Origin: Octopus sinensis
Lineage: Eukaryota
Direction of reading: 5' to 3'
DNA: 64,000 bases
Assembly (NCBI RefSeq): GCF_006345805.1
Contig: NC_043000.1
Location: forward strand, 67,332,001 to 67,396,000
Each line of letters opens with the position of its first letter. Positions within the stretch are counted from its first letter, which is position 1. The translations under genes and the position numbers were made by a program. Of this stretch, positions 25,330-38,225 are shown piece after piece. The notes beneath the pieces are model-generated. The model searched no databases and had not been told where the DNA came from. It worked only from the letters and a program-made list of their open reading frames with translations.

Positions 25330-25489
25330 TAATTGTGAAATTTGACTGGTGACCGCCGCTGTACCCGCAAGTGCATGTATGTATGTGTGGTATATAAATA
25401 CTTTTTGCGCGTTGGAAGCCCCGTTAGAAATATTGGGAAAAAATACTCTACGTTCTTGGTTCAATTTCAGGCGAGGTCAATTTTAGGCG

Positions 25490-25860
25490 CATGTGTGGGT
25501 GTGTGGTAAGAAGTTTGCTTTGAAACTTCATAGTTCCCGGTTCAGTCCCACTGCGTGGCACTTTGGGCAAGTGTTTTCTACTATCACTTAGGGCCGACCA
25601 AAGCCTTGTGAGTGGATTTGGCAAACGAAAACTGAAAGAAGCTAGTATGTGTGTCTGTGTGTGTGTGTCTCCCACCATCGTTTGACAACCGGCGTTGGTG
25701 TGTCTCTCTAACATAGCAATTCGACGAAAGAACCGTTAGAATAAGTACCAGGTTTAAGAAGAAAATAAGTACTGGAGTCGATTCGTTCGACTAAATTTCG
25801 TCAAGGCGGTGCCTCAGTATGGCCGCAGTCAAGTGACTGAGACAAATGAAAAATAAAAGA
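25490..25860. mobile_element. CORE-like SINE pieces in opposite orientations
   Basis: SINE head-family sequence gtgtggtaagaagtttgc...ggttcagtccc...ttgggcaagtg, followed by tail gtatggccgcagtcaagtgactgag; orientation is not resolved throughout. Confidence 0.7.
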
Positions 25861-25892
25861 TAAATGATCTCAAGTGTCCTTCTCCTGTGCTG

Positions 25893-26490
25893 ATACCTTG
25901 TCGTGGTGGAGAGGCTTGTGTGTCTCTGTGACTCTTGGAATACATAGTTACTGAAGTGTAATCCTCAGCAAATTTCAGAACGGAGACCAGACTAAATCCA
26001 GCACTTTGTCCCCCAAGCTAGACCTTGGGAGTATGGGGACAACAATCCTATCTCTTAAAGGATATTTTTGTTACAGAAACTGCAGACATTTGGCTATACA
26101 GTGATTTTCAGCGAAGCAATGGGCAGATTGATAATACTTAATGAGATTCATCTGGCGAAATTTATTGATATGGAGGATAAATCAAGTTGGGCTTGTAAAA
26201 GCTTAGGTTGAAATATGAGTGTGTGATACAAATAACACGTATGAAGCATCAAAATCTGCCCGAGTAGGTGTGCGAGTCGAGGGAGTAAAATGCCAAGATA
26301 TAAAAACACGAGACACACGTGAGCGGTGTAGCTTTGGTAACTGCAAAAGAGAAGACCGACACCTTATTAGAATGGGCGCCAATCAGCAACAGAAAGATTA
26401 GAGCCTGTTTTGATTCAAATCACTGCAAGTTCAACATTATAAAATTACACCAACAAATAAGTTTGGTGATGAGGTAGAAAATTAAAGATA
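25893..26490 (+). mobile_element. RTE-clade LINE 5' UTR and AP-endonuclease N-terminal remnant
   Basis: ccttgtcgtggtggagaggcttgtgtg is RTE-5'-end-like, and a frame reads HVSGVALVTAKEKTDTLLEWAPISNRKIRACFDSNHCKFNII. Confidence 0.75.
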
Positions 26491-26611
26491 AAAGCATATA
26501 AGCCAAGTCATATTCAAATTCTCACTATAATATACTCTTGATCTCAGGTAAACATACATACATACATGCATACATAGATACATACATACATACATACATA
26601 CATACATACAT

Positions 26612-26646
<35 letters not shown>

Positions 26647-26692
26647 TACATACATACATACATACATACATACACACACACACATACATACA

Positions 26693-26726
<34 letters not shown>

Positions 26727-26875
26727 CATACATACGGCTACAAACAAACACACATACACGTGAGAGAGAGAGAGGAGAGAGAGAGAGAAAACGTTCGAGA
26801 AAAAATTCTACATGGTGAATTGCAGTAAAAAATATGAAAAGGAAAATGAACAGAAAGTTTGTGGTAAGATATATG

Positions 26876-26951
<76 letters not shown>

Positions 26952-26954
<3 letters not shown>

Positions 26955-27403
26955 GATGTGTTTATTAATTGACATGAGTATCCCTTGCGATCACAATATA
27001 GCTGCGAAAGAATTTGACAAGATTAGTAAATATAAAGACCTGCTAATAGAAATTGAAAAAATGTGGCATCTCAAGGCGACTACAGTACCAGTGATTGTAG
27101 GATCTCTAGGAATGATAAAAAAAAGGTACTGAAACATATTTGAAAATGTGTCCAGGCTTACCTCCCTACAGGAGGTGCAAAAAATCGTATTAACTGGAAC
27201 GGCTCATGTACTGAGAAGAGCATTATCGCTGTGAAAACAACATCCATCCATGAATTTATTTATTTATTAATTTTTAAATACATATTTTACCTGTGAATTT
27301 GCGCGTGTAATCTGGGAATGCATGCAATGAGCATCTCTGTCCTAGGTGTATGGAAAACACTCGGCGAGAAATGGAAGAAAATCTGAAGAAAGAAGGAAAA
27401 AAC
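26952..27403 (+). mobile_element. R4/Dong-type 3' fragment (RLE domain and 3' UTR) between (AAT)n arrays
   Basis: CLLIDMSIP..KISKYKDLLIEIEKMW..VPVIVGSLG begins immediately after (aat)n at 26877-26951 and ends at (aat)n ~27404-27415. Confidence 0.88.
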
Positions 27404-27415
27404 ATAATAATAATA

Positions 27416-28070
27416 AGTATTGCTGTCTGGGAGATACCTTATAGTAGTAGAATAGTAGTTTTTAACAGCTATTTCTAAATTTCGGTATGTGGTGAAGCAA
27501 ATTTTGCTGAACCCTAATTATAATTATACTCATAATTATAGAATGTTTGTATAAGTTTACCGATAATGGTTCTTTTAACATACCGAACTACTTGGTAAAA
27601 TTATTAATTATTAATTAATTAATTAATTAATTTTACCCTTTATTATTATTGATAATATAATTCTCTCCTTGATAGTAAACTGCAGTTTCTGCGGAATTTT
27701 ACTCGTTGGCACACGTGGGTGAATGAGGAGGAATGCGATACCTCATTCGTCTGTTTGAATTTGGAAGTACTGGTCTTTAGATATATGCTGTTTGATGTCA
27801 CTTGGTCAAATACATATGTTAATTATCAGTGCTCTCAAATTTAAAATTTGAATTACATTTTTCACAACGCGTATACAGTTAATCAGAGCCGGGTAGATTC
27901 GTTATTTTTTCTCTTTACCTGCGTGAGTTGTTGAGTATTGCTGTCTGGGAGATATCTTATAGTAGTAGAATAGTAGTTTTTAACTGCTATTTCTAAATTT
28001 CGGTATGTGGTGAAGCAAATTTTGCTAAACCTTAATTATAATTATACTCATAATTATAGAATTTTTGTAT
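27416..28070 (+). repeat. ~135-bp near-identical direct repeat (27416-27550 and 27934-28070)
   Basis: agtattgctgtctgggagata..tagtagtagaatagtagtttttaac..cggtatgtggtgaagcaaattttgct..ataattatactcataattatagaat occurs twice. Confidence 0.85.
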
Positions 28071-28097
28071 ATATATATATATACACACACACACCAA

Positions 28098-28252
28098 AGT
28101 AAGCACATAAATGTGAAACAAGGTGGGAAAAAATAGTACTCGAATACCGGAGGTAGAGTAATATGCTTTATTATTATCAAAGCAGCAAAATCATCACAAA
28201 AAATCACAAAAACTGCTACTCAAAGTTTCACGCTCCCGTTCATCGGACAGTG
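28098..28252 (-). mobile_element. Hammerhead-bearing family H2 copy after (TA)/(CA)n
   Basis: The minus-strand motif ctgt CCGATGA acg-ggag-cgt GAAA ctttgagt a gcag is at 28213-28250. Confidence 0.75.
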
Positions 28253-28514
28253 TAGATCAAGAATGGAACAAAATTAAGTTTGTATGTATAAAATATACAA
28301 TTGAAATTCACAGATACACATTTGAAATTGGTTTCTTTTCATTGGTCGTTTCAACTAACGGTTTTTTCTAACCAAGTTGATAAGTTTAAAAATCATATTA
28401 TTTAAAATCGAAGAAAACCTTAAATGAAAAATCAAAATTTCAAAAGGAACTGTAGTTAAAAGGAAATAAATATAAAAATCCAGAATAAATTAATTAATGG
28501 TAAAATAATTAATT

Positions 28515-30310
28515 TAATAATAATAAATGTAAATGTCAGTGTGTCACGTTTTTTTCAAATTTACTCTTAGAAACCGTAGCCCAACGTATCATACCATTTT
28601 GGAATCAGACCGACTATGTCAGTAAATTAAAAATATTCCGGAATGAATCCGGACTCGCTATCCTGAAATATTGGATTTCCAAGTTTTCGCTACTGCGATT
28701 GTCTTCGGCGATCTTTTTACGTGATTTTTTGCGACAAACTTTTTTGTACGATAACAATTTTTTTTTTTACGATAACAATTTTTATAATTTGGAAATAAAT
28801 TTGAGAATAATCGAAATTAATTGCGAAATCCAGCGAAAGTCACCCATGAAATAGAAATAATTATTTGTACGAAAAGTAAGGACCTACGTACATCAAATTG
28901 TCTTTAAATTAGGTGGCGACAGAAGAATTATCGTTGAACTTTTTAAAGGTAAGCTTAAATATTAAGACAATACTTAAATACAGTGATCAGTTTCGAGTTC
29001 TTCTGCAGTTTAATGTTGTCTATCACATACAGCAGCAGAATGCCTCGCAAAAAGAAATCTCCCCCAACAGAGGACCAGATTGCAATCAAAAGAGCCAAGG
29101 CTGCAGCGAGGAAATGAAAGTCCCGTGCATATGAAAACCCAGATCAAACGGCAACAAGGAGAGATTCCAATGCTGAGAATATGCAAAGAATTAGGGACTC
29201 TCAAATTCCTGAACAAGCTGCTTTCAGAAGAGCGTCAAATACTGTTATTAAAGTAGAGAAAGGGTATCAGAAACACCTGAAAACGCAGCATCGAGAACAT
29301 CCAATGCTGAGAATATGCAGACTTAGAGACCCTCAAACTCAGCACCAAGCTGCATCCAGGAGAGCAATTCCAAATACCACTGAAGATCCAGTCCTTTTTG
29401 AAATGATCAAAAAGAACATGATTCACGACCCATGTGGTTCTCTCAATCCAGAATTTCCTTGCATGATTGACAAGTACAGCAAAGAATTTCCAATGGAGTT
29501 TACCAGAGACTCAGTTTGATCTTGATGGCTCTCCAAAATACAAAAGAAGAAAGCTAGAAAATGGAGATTACACTTTCACTCTGAATGAAAGAGGACAAGA
29601 AATTGTCATTGACAATTGTTGGTTTGTTCCTTTTTGCCCACTGCTCAGCAAAATATTTGGTGCTCACATAAATAGTACTACAACAGTAACAAGTCAATTA
29701 AATATGTATGTAAATATATTAAAGGAAGTGACTAAGCAGTATTTGGTCTGGAAAATCAAAATGGAGTTCAAAAGTTTCAAATATGCCGATATATCTCCCA
29801 AAAGGTTGTGAAGTGTTAGTTTAAGTGTTAGTTTCAAATATCCAAGGCTTCATTATCATCAACTGGAAACTTCTCCAAGAAATTCCAAAAGAAAGCATGA
29901 AGTACTTTTCCATTGATACTGTGGTTGAACAAGAGCAGGCAGTGAATTATCCAATAGAATTCCTGAACACATTGAATGCCGTCACACAAGCTGAAACTAA
30001 AAGAAATTGTGCCAGTTACGCTATTGAGAAATCTGGATCCTCCAAAGCTTTGTAATGGAATAAGGTTAATTGTCAATAAGATGCTTCCTCATCTCTTGGA
30101 AGCAGAGATCCTTACTGATCCAGGAAAGAAGGAAAGAGTTTTATTCCAAGAATCCCTTTAATTCCTCCAGATTTTCTTTTTGAGTTCAAAAGACTTCAGT
30201 TTCCAGTGAGAGTGAGCCATGCTATGTCAATCAATAAATAAGTCCCAAAGACAATCATTGAAAGTAATTGGACTTCATCTGATGGACCCTACTTTTCTCA
30301 CGGCCAGCTC
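28515..30310 (+). mobile_element. Internally deleted Helitron (5' region, Rep fragments, helicase C-terminus)
   Basis: MIKKNMIHDPCGSLNPEFPC..SKEFP, SPKYKRR..IDNCWFVPFCPLLSKIFGAHIN, SIDTVV..YPIEFLNTL, LLRNLDPPKLCNG.RL, FEFKRLQFPVRVSHAMSINK. Confidence 0.9.
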
Positions 30311-30420
30311 AATATATGAATAAATATACTGATGTATTTACACAGACACACACACACAAACACATATTATAATAGAATAATTACTATGAAACATTGTGTA
30401 GAATATATTGTATAAAGGAA

Positions 30421-31762
30421 TGTGGGTAAGGCCAAAACAATGCGAAGTAAATGCAAGGTAAATCACAAGAAAACAAATATGCGAATTAATGTAGACTTAC
30501 CTTGTATTCAATATTTCGGGGTTATGATGAATATTGCCGATGTGCGTGTGTGCGAGCGCGTGTGGAGTGGTCATGCACAGAAGGGTGTTGCTATAGCAAC
30601 CAGCTAGCTTCCTGTAACTCCCTTCCATTGTTGATATTAGGTTTCTTTTGGTGTATGAGGACGGCCTCAGAGATTCTAAGGTTGCCCTGTTCTACTGTGT
30701 TGCCTTGATGTGCACTGAGAAATCCCGGGTCTGGCTTTCGGTAGAAGTTTCTTCACGGAAGTGTCTGCCTGCATGTGTTCCTTAATGCGTATATGCAGTT
30801 TTCTTCCGATGTAGTATGCGCCATATTTGCCACAGATGATCTCATCTCATATGCAACGTAGATCCTCTGGCACAATTCAGGGTCATTGATGGGATAGTTC
30901 GACAATGTGCACTCCTCAGAGTAGTGAGAGGTGTTGTTCTTAGAGAGAGCTTTTCTCAAGAAAGGGCCGGTGTGCACTATCTGTATGTCGAGTCCTTCCC
31001 TGCGGACTGCGTGTTGTGTAGCTGCAGTAGTTCTGTCGTCGAAATGTGGTAGCTTTAGGAAGCACGTGCCGGACTTGGGAGTATGATGCTTCTTCCGGGG
31101 TTCATTGGCCTTGATGTTCTTCAGGCACCGTTGTTTGGCTAAAGATGGTGGACAGCCATTCAGGGCTAGGTCTCTGAGGAACTGTTTGGTGTTGACGACT
31201 TTGTTGGTCACGTTGCTGCAATTGTTGTTTATACGTCCAATACGTCCGATCTCGTTTCTCATATATGCAGCTTTGGATCTGGTGGGTAAGGCTGATTGGT
31301 AGTGTACGAAAAGTTTTCTATTAGTGGCTTTTCTATAGCATTTGGTAAATATGGAGCATTCCTCTACGATCTTGAGTTAGAAGTGGAGTAGAGAGAGGGT
31401 TCCGAATTCGTCTGGATGTTCAATCTCGAAATTGATGTTTATGTCGGTGTTATTTAAGCTCCGGAACAGGGGCAACCTTAGAATCTCTGAAGCCATCCTC
31501 ACACAGCAAAAGAAACCTACGATCAACAATAGAAGGGAGTTACAGGAAGCTAGCTTTTTTGCTATAGCAACACCATTCTGCGCATGTCCATTCCACACAT
31601 GCTCACACACCACACGCATACATCGGCAACATTCGTCAATTTCTTGAAAACGGGGTCATAACCTCGAAATATTGAATACAAGGTAAGTCTACATTAATTC
31701 ACATATTTGTTTTCTTGTGATTTACTTTGCATTTATTTCGCATTGTTTTGGCGTTACCCACG
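30421..31762 (-). mobile_element. Penelope-like element: RT thumb and GIY-YIG remnant with inverted pseudo-LTRs
   Basis: Frames give INFEIEHP..CYRKAT..VHYQSALP..LALNGCP..CFLKLPHF..C..YVAYEMR. 30421-30692 is the reverse complement of ~31465-31762. A degenerate hammerhead lies at 31639-31677. Confidence 0.85.
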
Positions 31763-31769
31763 ATCCAAG

Positions 31770-32400
31770 ATCGTCCAGCTGATACTGAAAGGACGGGTAT
31801 CATTTTCTTTTAAATGCCAGACATGTTTGGCAAGACTCGTTGCTCTCCTATTTTCAGGGTATAGAGATGAATTTTGATGGGAATATAGTCTAGTCTTAAA
31901 GGAATTTTCCGAAGCTCCTGTATACGTTTTGTATTTTTGTGAGCCTTAGCATTATAAACTCCTTTCTCTAGTCAAATTTCTCTTAACGGACAGCAACTTT
32001 GATCTTTACAATTGAAAATTTTTTGGTTACTTCCGGCACTGTGGTTGCTTCTAATAGTTTTCGTGTAGTGCTGGTTAATTAAAGAGTCAAAGCTCTTGCA
32101 ACATGAATGGCTAATCTTAAGTGTTTTTCTATTAAAATTTCTATAGAAATTATGGTTTTCTTGGAAGTATCTAGAAAACTAGTTTCAAGAATTCTCTACC
32201 TATATTAGTTTTTACTGCAGTGTTAAATACCGTATTAAACCATAAAACTTTCCTAGTTCTAGTTCTACGAGTTCTATTATTGCTAGTAGTACTTTGACTA
32301 TACTGGATCTTCGGGAATCCGCTGTTCCTTAACTAGGCTTTTGAGGTATTGTTTCTGCGTCGGGATAGGTATATTTTTTAAAGAAAAAATTTACGGGTAG
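31770..32400 (-). mobile_element. Penelope-like element lacking RT: N-terminus fused to GIY-YIG region
   Basis: The reverse strand reads FSLKNIPIPTQKQYLKSLVK, then (shifted frame) NSGFPKIQY..RKVLWFN..KTNIGREFLKLV..NC..CPL..YTGASENSFKTRLYSH..SLAKHVWHLKE. (TA)n lies at the 5' side. Confidence 0.8.
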
Positions 32401-32405
32401 AGTTG

Positions 32406-32495
<90 letters not shown>

Positions 32496-34439
32496 TATTA
32501 GCCTTAATTGTTCATGCTAGAGTATGGAATTATAGTAGGACAGTTAAGTCTTAGGTTCTAAGCGTTCAGTTAGAACGAGACCGAAAAGAAGCTTAGCCTG
32601 TTTCTGAACCTAAAGTAGTGCAAATGTTGGTTCTACCGATCTTTTCAGCCATTGGTGGTAATCCCCTGTAGTTCCTCTGGATAACATCTGGTGGAATGAG
32701 TACCGCTCTATACGCTATTGCTTTAGGGAATAGAATTTCCCACTGGATAAGCGACTCAACTTCGATATTTACGTATGGGTTGCTAGAGTATACTTTTTGA
32801 TGATACGCTTTCAGTTGTCTAGTTTAGAACAGGTAACCTTTACGATATGTACATTGAAGAGTTTGTGGTGATTTAAAAGGCAAAAGTTTCCGACTTTTGC
32901 TTATTAGAACGCCAGCAGCTCCTAAAACATATCTGCACCTGATATTCTACTACTGCAAGATGGATTGATAATACTACATAGAAACTAATTTCTTACGAAG
33001 CCACTTTTGTGTATCACCTCATTTATAATTTGGAGCAGCTTTAGCAAAAATATGCATATACATGCCGCAATAAAATAACATTGATATATGTAAGTCTTGA
33101 ATGGGTAAATCTCATTAGCGGCAAATCTTATGATTCTAGTGTAATTGTTTTCTTTTTATCAAAAAAAAAAAAAGAAACTAAGCCAAGACGGTGTTGCTAA
33201 TTATCAAGCATATATATGATCAAAGCCATTAAAAAACTTGACACCACCTTGGTTTTAGGGGTATTTTTGGGGCTACTTTATCAAATGTGTCCTTTATTCT
33301 AAGAACAAATCACTAAACCAGGGCGTAAAAAAATGAATTCATGTTATAAACTAATTTCAAAGCTGGCGTCAAGAATATAACACTAATTCAAGCAAATATC
33401 TTATTTCTAGCAATAATTTGTGTGTAATATATTTTATATTAGGTTTTATACTAAAGCATTTATTGTGGTTTTAGATATACTTCATTGTTATGATATGATT
33501 CAACATATTTCTTTTAAAACGAATAAACAATTTTCAACAGAGTTAAATTCTATCAAAAAAGTGAATCATTTGAATGTAAAAACGTCCAACTAAATCTCTC
33601 AACGAAAACCGTCATGGCAGTTACAAAATGAAAGAACTCACAAATAAGCTTTTGTCTGAGATAAGTAAAATAGATCGAAGTATATTTAGTCACGAAACTA
33701 AAAACATAGTTGACGATCAACGTTTCACATGAAAGCTGTAATGAGAAAGTAAGCTTCTGTATTGATTGATTGCCACATTGACTTAATATTTATTATTCTT
33801 GATTTAGAAAAAATATTAAATCATGTATGATATAGTGAAATATCAGGCAATGCGTATTTAATGTAAAGTTTCACTATATATTTTTTTTCGATATCGTTAA
33901 CTCGTAATTTCCCTTGTGACAAAAGTACATCCCCCCCTACCCTATAGAATCTCACTTTTCCTCGCAACGCATAAAATTATTTAAGAACTTTACTCACTAG
34001 GTTCTTTTCTTTTTTTGCAAACGCAAACCATCACTAGTTTCTCCAAAGTCTTCTTTTTCTTTAAATAAGACCTAAGGTGTTTTACTGGGAATGCATGCAC
34101 AAATTTTAGACATAACATATTTGTTCATAATAACAAACGAAGACACATTGTTAGAATCTCGTAGTAGACCTGTTTATGGCCACTAAAAGAGTTTCCGTGG
34201 GTCAAGACTGACCTGCAACATATGGTACATTAGATGATTTGAAATAGTGCATTGAACACCAGTGAATATGCGCAATATCAACAAACACTCTAGTCAACTA
34301 CATTCTTCTCTTACCGCAGCTTTTTGTTCATAGTTCAAACTCCAACACATTTTAACTTTTTCGCCCTTTGTGAACATTTACAGATTCGTATTTCTTTTCT
34401 CTAAATCTATGCCTTGTTTTTACTTCACAGTTCAAAAGA

Positions 34440-35300
34440 AGATAAGCAAAGAAAGTAGAAAGTGATAGCTAACTTGAGTTCAATAAATACTGAGAAAATG
34501 GGCTCTTATTTAAAATAGAAAATCTGTAGCTACCATTTGTGTCTGAGTTAAGGGATAAAATACGTGATTTAGAAAAAGTATAAAATAAAAGATAAGCTGT
34601 TTCTCGAAAGAAGTTTTGAAAGGTTAACGATGAAGTGTTTTATGAAAATACTTTTGTGCTAATCAAAAATCGGATGCTTTTCTCTTATGGAGAAGAAATT
34701 GTTACATATTTACAAAATGTCTTGGTAATTAAAGAATCTCGAGAGAAAGGTAGACGAAATTGCTCTATGAAAGCAAACAAAAGAAGACTCACTGAAAAAC
34801 TCTTACGAGACAGCTGAGATCTTTTCTATGTTTGTACTGTGGACAAATCTACCGACATATATGATATACTTCAGCTGGAAAATTTTTATAAGAGGAACTG
34901 ATGATAACTTTAACATATCTGAAGAACTTACGGTCTTGAGTCACTTCACGAAAAAAAGGCAAAATCCAAACTTTATCTTGAAAGCCATACTTAAAAAATC
35001 AGCAAATAAATTTCAGTATATTTCTTAGCATTTGTACTGATGTGGCTCCGTCCATCATTAACAGGATAGTGGGACTGAGTTAGTCCTCAAATAAAATAGC
35101 ACTGCATTATAGAACAAGTGTTGCTGTGCAGAATTCTTCTGAAACTGCCGACAGCAGACGAAAACTCAGAGAATATTGCAAAATGATATATTTGGAATAC
35201 AAGTGAGCATTATGAGATACGCTTTTGAGAGACAGGCTGTAAGTTAATTTTGTAAACTGTAAAATTTTATTCATAAACCTCTAGAGAAAAATGAGCTAAC
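34440..35300 (+). mobile_element. Decayed hAT (Charlie/GTF2IRD2-like) transposase remnant
   Basis: LIKNRMLFSYGEEIV, IFIRGTDDNFNISEEL and ICTDVAPSII occur in collinear order. Confidence 0.7.
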
Positions 35301-35368
35301 TGAAGAAAGAGACCTTTTATATGATAACAAGGAGTTATTTCATTTAGCATTTTCATTTGACATAACTA

Positions 35369-36608
35369 CGAGTGTGGGCTGAAAAGTCCATATGCTGACT
35401 ATGAAGGAGTGCTGTTAGAGCTGTGAAATCTTTCATGCGTTAATCTCAACTCTTTGTATTAATAACTGGATTTTTTTATTTCTAGATAAACTTGCATCTG
35501 ACTGTTCGAAGAAGAGTCCAAAAGTAACTAGTAGCAACTTTGCTTGAAAATCGACAAAATTTTGTATTGCGGTGTTATCAGGTACCTGCAGAAAAGGGAT
35601 TAGCAACCCCAAGTACATCCATACTGACATGTTTGCTACATTAGGGGATGACGCTCTAGTTGTATCAACAGTGGGCAGCTGAATTTAGGAGAAGAAAGGA
35701 GAGTCTTGAAGATAACACAACGTCTGGACGTTCTGTAATTGCCACCACCGATGAAAACATTGATCGCATTCCCTACAAGGTGATGCATGACAGGCGATTG
35801 ACTATAAATCAAATTGCCAATGCTATTAGCATATCCTGTGAGAGAGTTGAAAATATTCTGCACAATGAACTTGGCACGACAACGGTTTCTGCTTGGTGTT
35901 GCTACGTTTTCTGACATCAGATCAAAAGCACACTAGGCTGATCACATAACAAGGAAATCTAACATTGTTTCAGGCAGATCCAGCTGGTTTCTTTGAAAGT
36001 TTCTTAACTCGAGATGAGTTCATCACTTTGAGCCAGAAACAAAGAAACAATCCACGTAGTTGAAATACTTCTACTTACCTGCTCCAAAGACGGCCAAGTT
36101 AATTTTATCTGCAAGGAAGGTGATGATCTCAGTATTCTTTGATGCAAAAGGCATTGTGTTTATTGATTGTCTTCAAAAGGGTCACACCCTCAATGGAGTG
36201 TTCTATGCCAATTTGGTGAGGCAGCTATGAAAGACTATTATCAAGACCAAGCGCTAAGGAAACTGATGAAAGGGGTCATATTTTATCAGAACAATGCTCA
36301 CGCGCACAAGTCCTTTCATTCAATGGCTGTTGTGTGTGGCTGTTGCTTTGAACTAGTTGATCACCGTTCCTATTCTCCTGATTTGGCCCCATCTGACTAT
36401 CATCTGTTCCCTAACATTAACCTTCCACACTTTTCCGGGAACCTCATATCTGTTGTTGATGACGTTTTTGACTAACAAGATGAAAGCTTCTGCACCGATA
36501 GAACTGTGTGGTATGCAAAGGGGTGGGGTAAGTTAAAAAGATAAACTTCATTTGGTCACATTTCATGAAAGTATCTTGGTCAGCCTATGAAATTTTCAGC
36601 CGACCCTC
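35369..36608 (+). mobile_element. Full-length mariner, transposase disrupted
   Basis: TIRs cgagtgtgggctgaaaagtccata / tatgaaattttcagccgaccctc with flanking TA. Motifs WAAEFRR..SLED..SGR, DRRLTI and YSPDLAPSDYHLF. Confidence 0.92.
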
Positions 36609-37121
36609 TAAATTTGAAATTGCAGAGCAATAGCAAACTATTTCCTAGCTTAGTAAATGATATATCCCTGTATTTAAGGTGAAATTAAAGTTGTTCATCC
36701 TTCAGTTAGAAAATGAGAATTTGTGCCAGTAGTTTCTTTTCTGTACAGAAGAAAATTACAGCTTTACAGAATGTTTTTTAAAAATTCAGGTTATTGCAAG
36801 AAACATTTAAAAGTTGTTTTCATGATTCTGTGAAATAATGAAGACTGTAAACGTTCATTTAAAAACCCATTTTGTTTAGTGTAAAACGAAATCATGAAAA
36901 TGCAAATGGAAGTTATTGACTTTAAAATAAAATTCATTACTGAAAATGGAACTTGACGAACTTCTCTCATTTCTAAATGTTGTTGATATGATTAATTTCT
37001 CGGGATCATTTACCTTCAGAAAATTTTCCTAGAGTTTCGCATCGATGCATAGCAACGAACAGTGATGTATTTATTAATAAGTGTTTCCACAAAAGTGGAT
37101 AGTTTTCTATAGCTATACATG

Positions 37122-37345
37122 GGGATGGTCATATTTTGCCAATTAAACACGCGCACTATATATTTGGTCTTCACTTCAGCTTTATTATTATCATTTCAGT
37201 TTCTTTTTCAAAGTTCTTTCGTCACACATGTTGTAACCTCCTCAAGGAATTTCTGTCCCGCGTGTTTCCTCTTGTTCTACTTAATAAAGCTGAAATGAAG
37301 GCCAAATATATCGTGCGTGTGTTTAATTGGCAAAATATGACCGTC
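37122..37345. mobile_element. ~65-bp-arm inverted repeat enclosing a degenerate hammerhead motif
   Basis: 37122-37187 is the reverse complement of 37282-37345. The internal minus strand reads ttc cTTGAGGA g gttaca-acatg-tgtgac GAAA gaactt t gaa (~37207-37250). Confidence 0.7.
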
Positions 37346-37769
37346 CTAAGTATAACAATATCGTTTCAACACACGATTTAACATCAACAATCTTACAAAA
37401 CAAATGGATATTTTTAATTTGGCATATATATAAAGAATTACGTATAAAATTCCGAAATAAATAATCTATTAAGTTTGAATAACATAAAGAGTTATTCGAT
37501 TTTACATGAATCAATTCGAGTTTTAAAATCAAAAGATTAGGATGTGTTCGTGTAAATCTCAAAAGCTCATTTGAAACTGATTCAAAACTATTGACGGTAG
37601 TGATCAACAGTTCAAATCTACGTGGAAAACTAAAAGCTTCTTCGTAAAATGCAAGTGATGCATTATTTTGTTGAATTATCTTATACTGGTAAAAAGAAAA
37701 AGAAACAAAAAACATTAGTTTCTTTCCTTTATAATGTATATGTCGCCATAATAGATTGTTAGCCAATAC

Positions 37770-37927
37770 ACACATTTTTTCTCTCCTTGTTTCTCTCCTT
37801 GTTTTTTTTTTGTGTCCCTTTCTGTAAAAGAGTGTAGGCTCGAAACGTAAAAGACTTTTTCTATTCCTGAGCGTTATACTAATATATCTGTTTGTTTTGT
37901 ACACCACCTGTCTTCGTAAACTCTCCC

Positions 37928-38016
<89 letters not shown>

Positions 38017-38225
38017 CGGGAAGCTTTATGAAAATAGACAAAAGACGAAGGCAGGTTTACGGAAATAAACAAAAGACGAAGGCAGGTGGAATACAAACAA
38101 ACAATTGTATTAGTATGGCGCTCAGGAAATATAAATAAAACAAGTCTTTAACGTTTCGAGCCTACGCTCTTCAACAGAAAGATACACAGAGAAAAAACAC
38201 AGAAAGAAGGAGAGAAAAAAATATG
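37770..38225. mobile_element. Inverted pair of PLE-type pseudo-LTRs around (TA)n, each with a minimal hammerhead-like motif
   Basis: Plus strand cttt CTGTAAA agagtgtaggctc GAAA cgt a aaag (37818-37853). Minus strand cttt CTGTTGA a gagc-gtag-gctc GAAA cgt t aaag (38146-38181). Confidence 0.7.

Noticed and set aside
25893-25990. HDV-like ribozyme in the RTE 5' UTR
   Set aside because: Such ribozymes are known for some RTEs, but I could not fold a nested double pseudoknot from this decayed copy.
27416-28070. Direct repeats as a CRISPR array or LTR pair
   Set aside because: There are only two long copies, in a eukaryotic context, with no spacers, PBS/PPT or TG...CA ends.
32560-33000. Possible LINE endonuclease remnant on the minus strand (GAAGVLIS)
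   Set aside because: It is a single weak motif, with no second collinear motif found.
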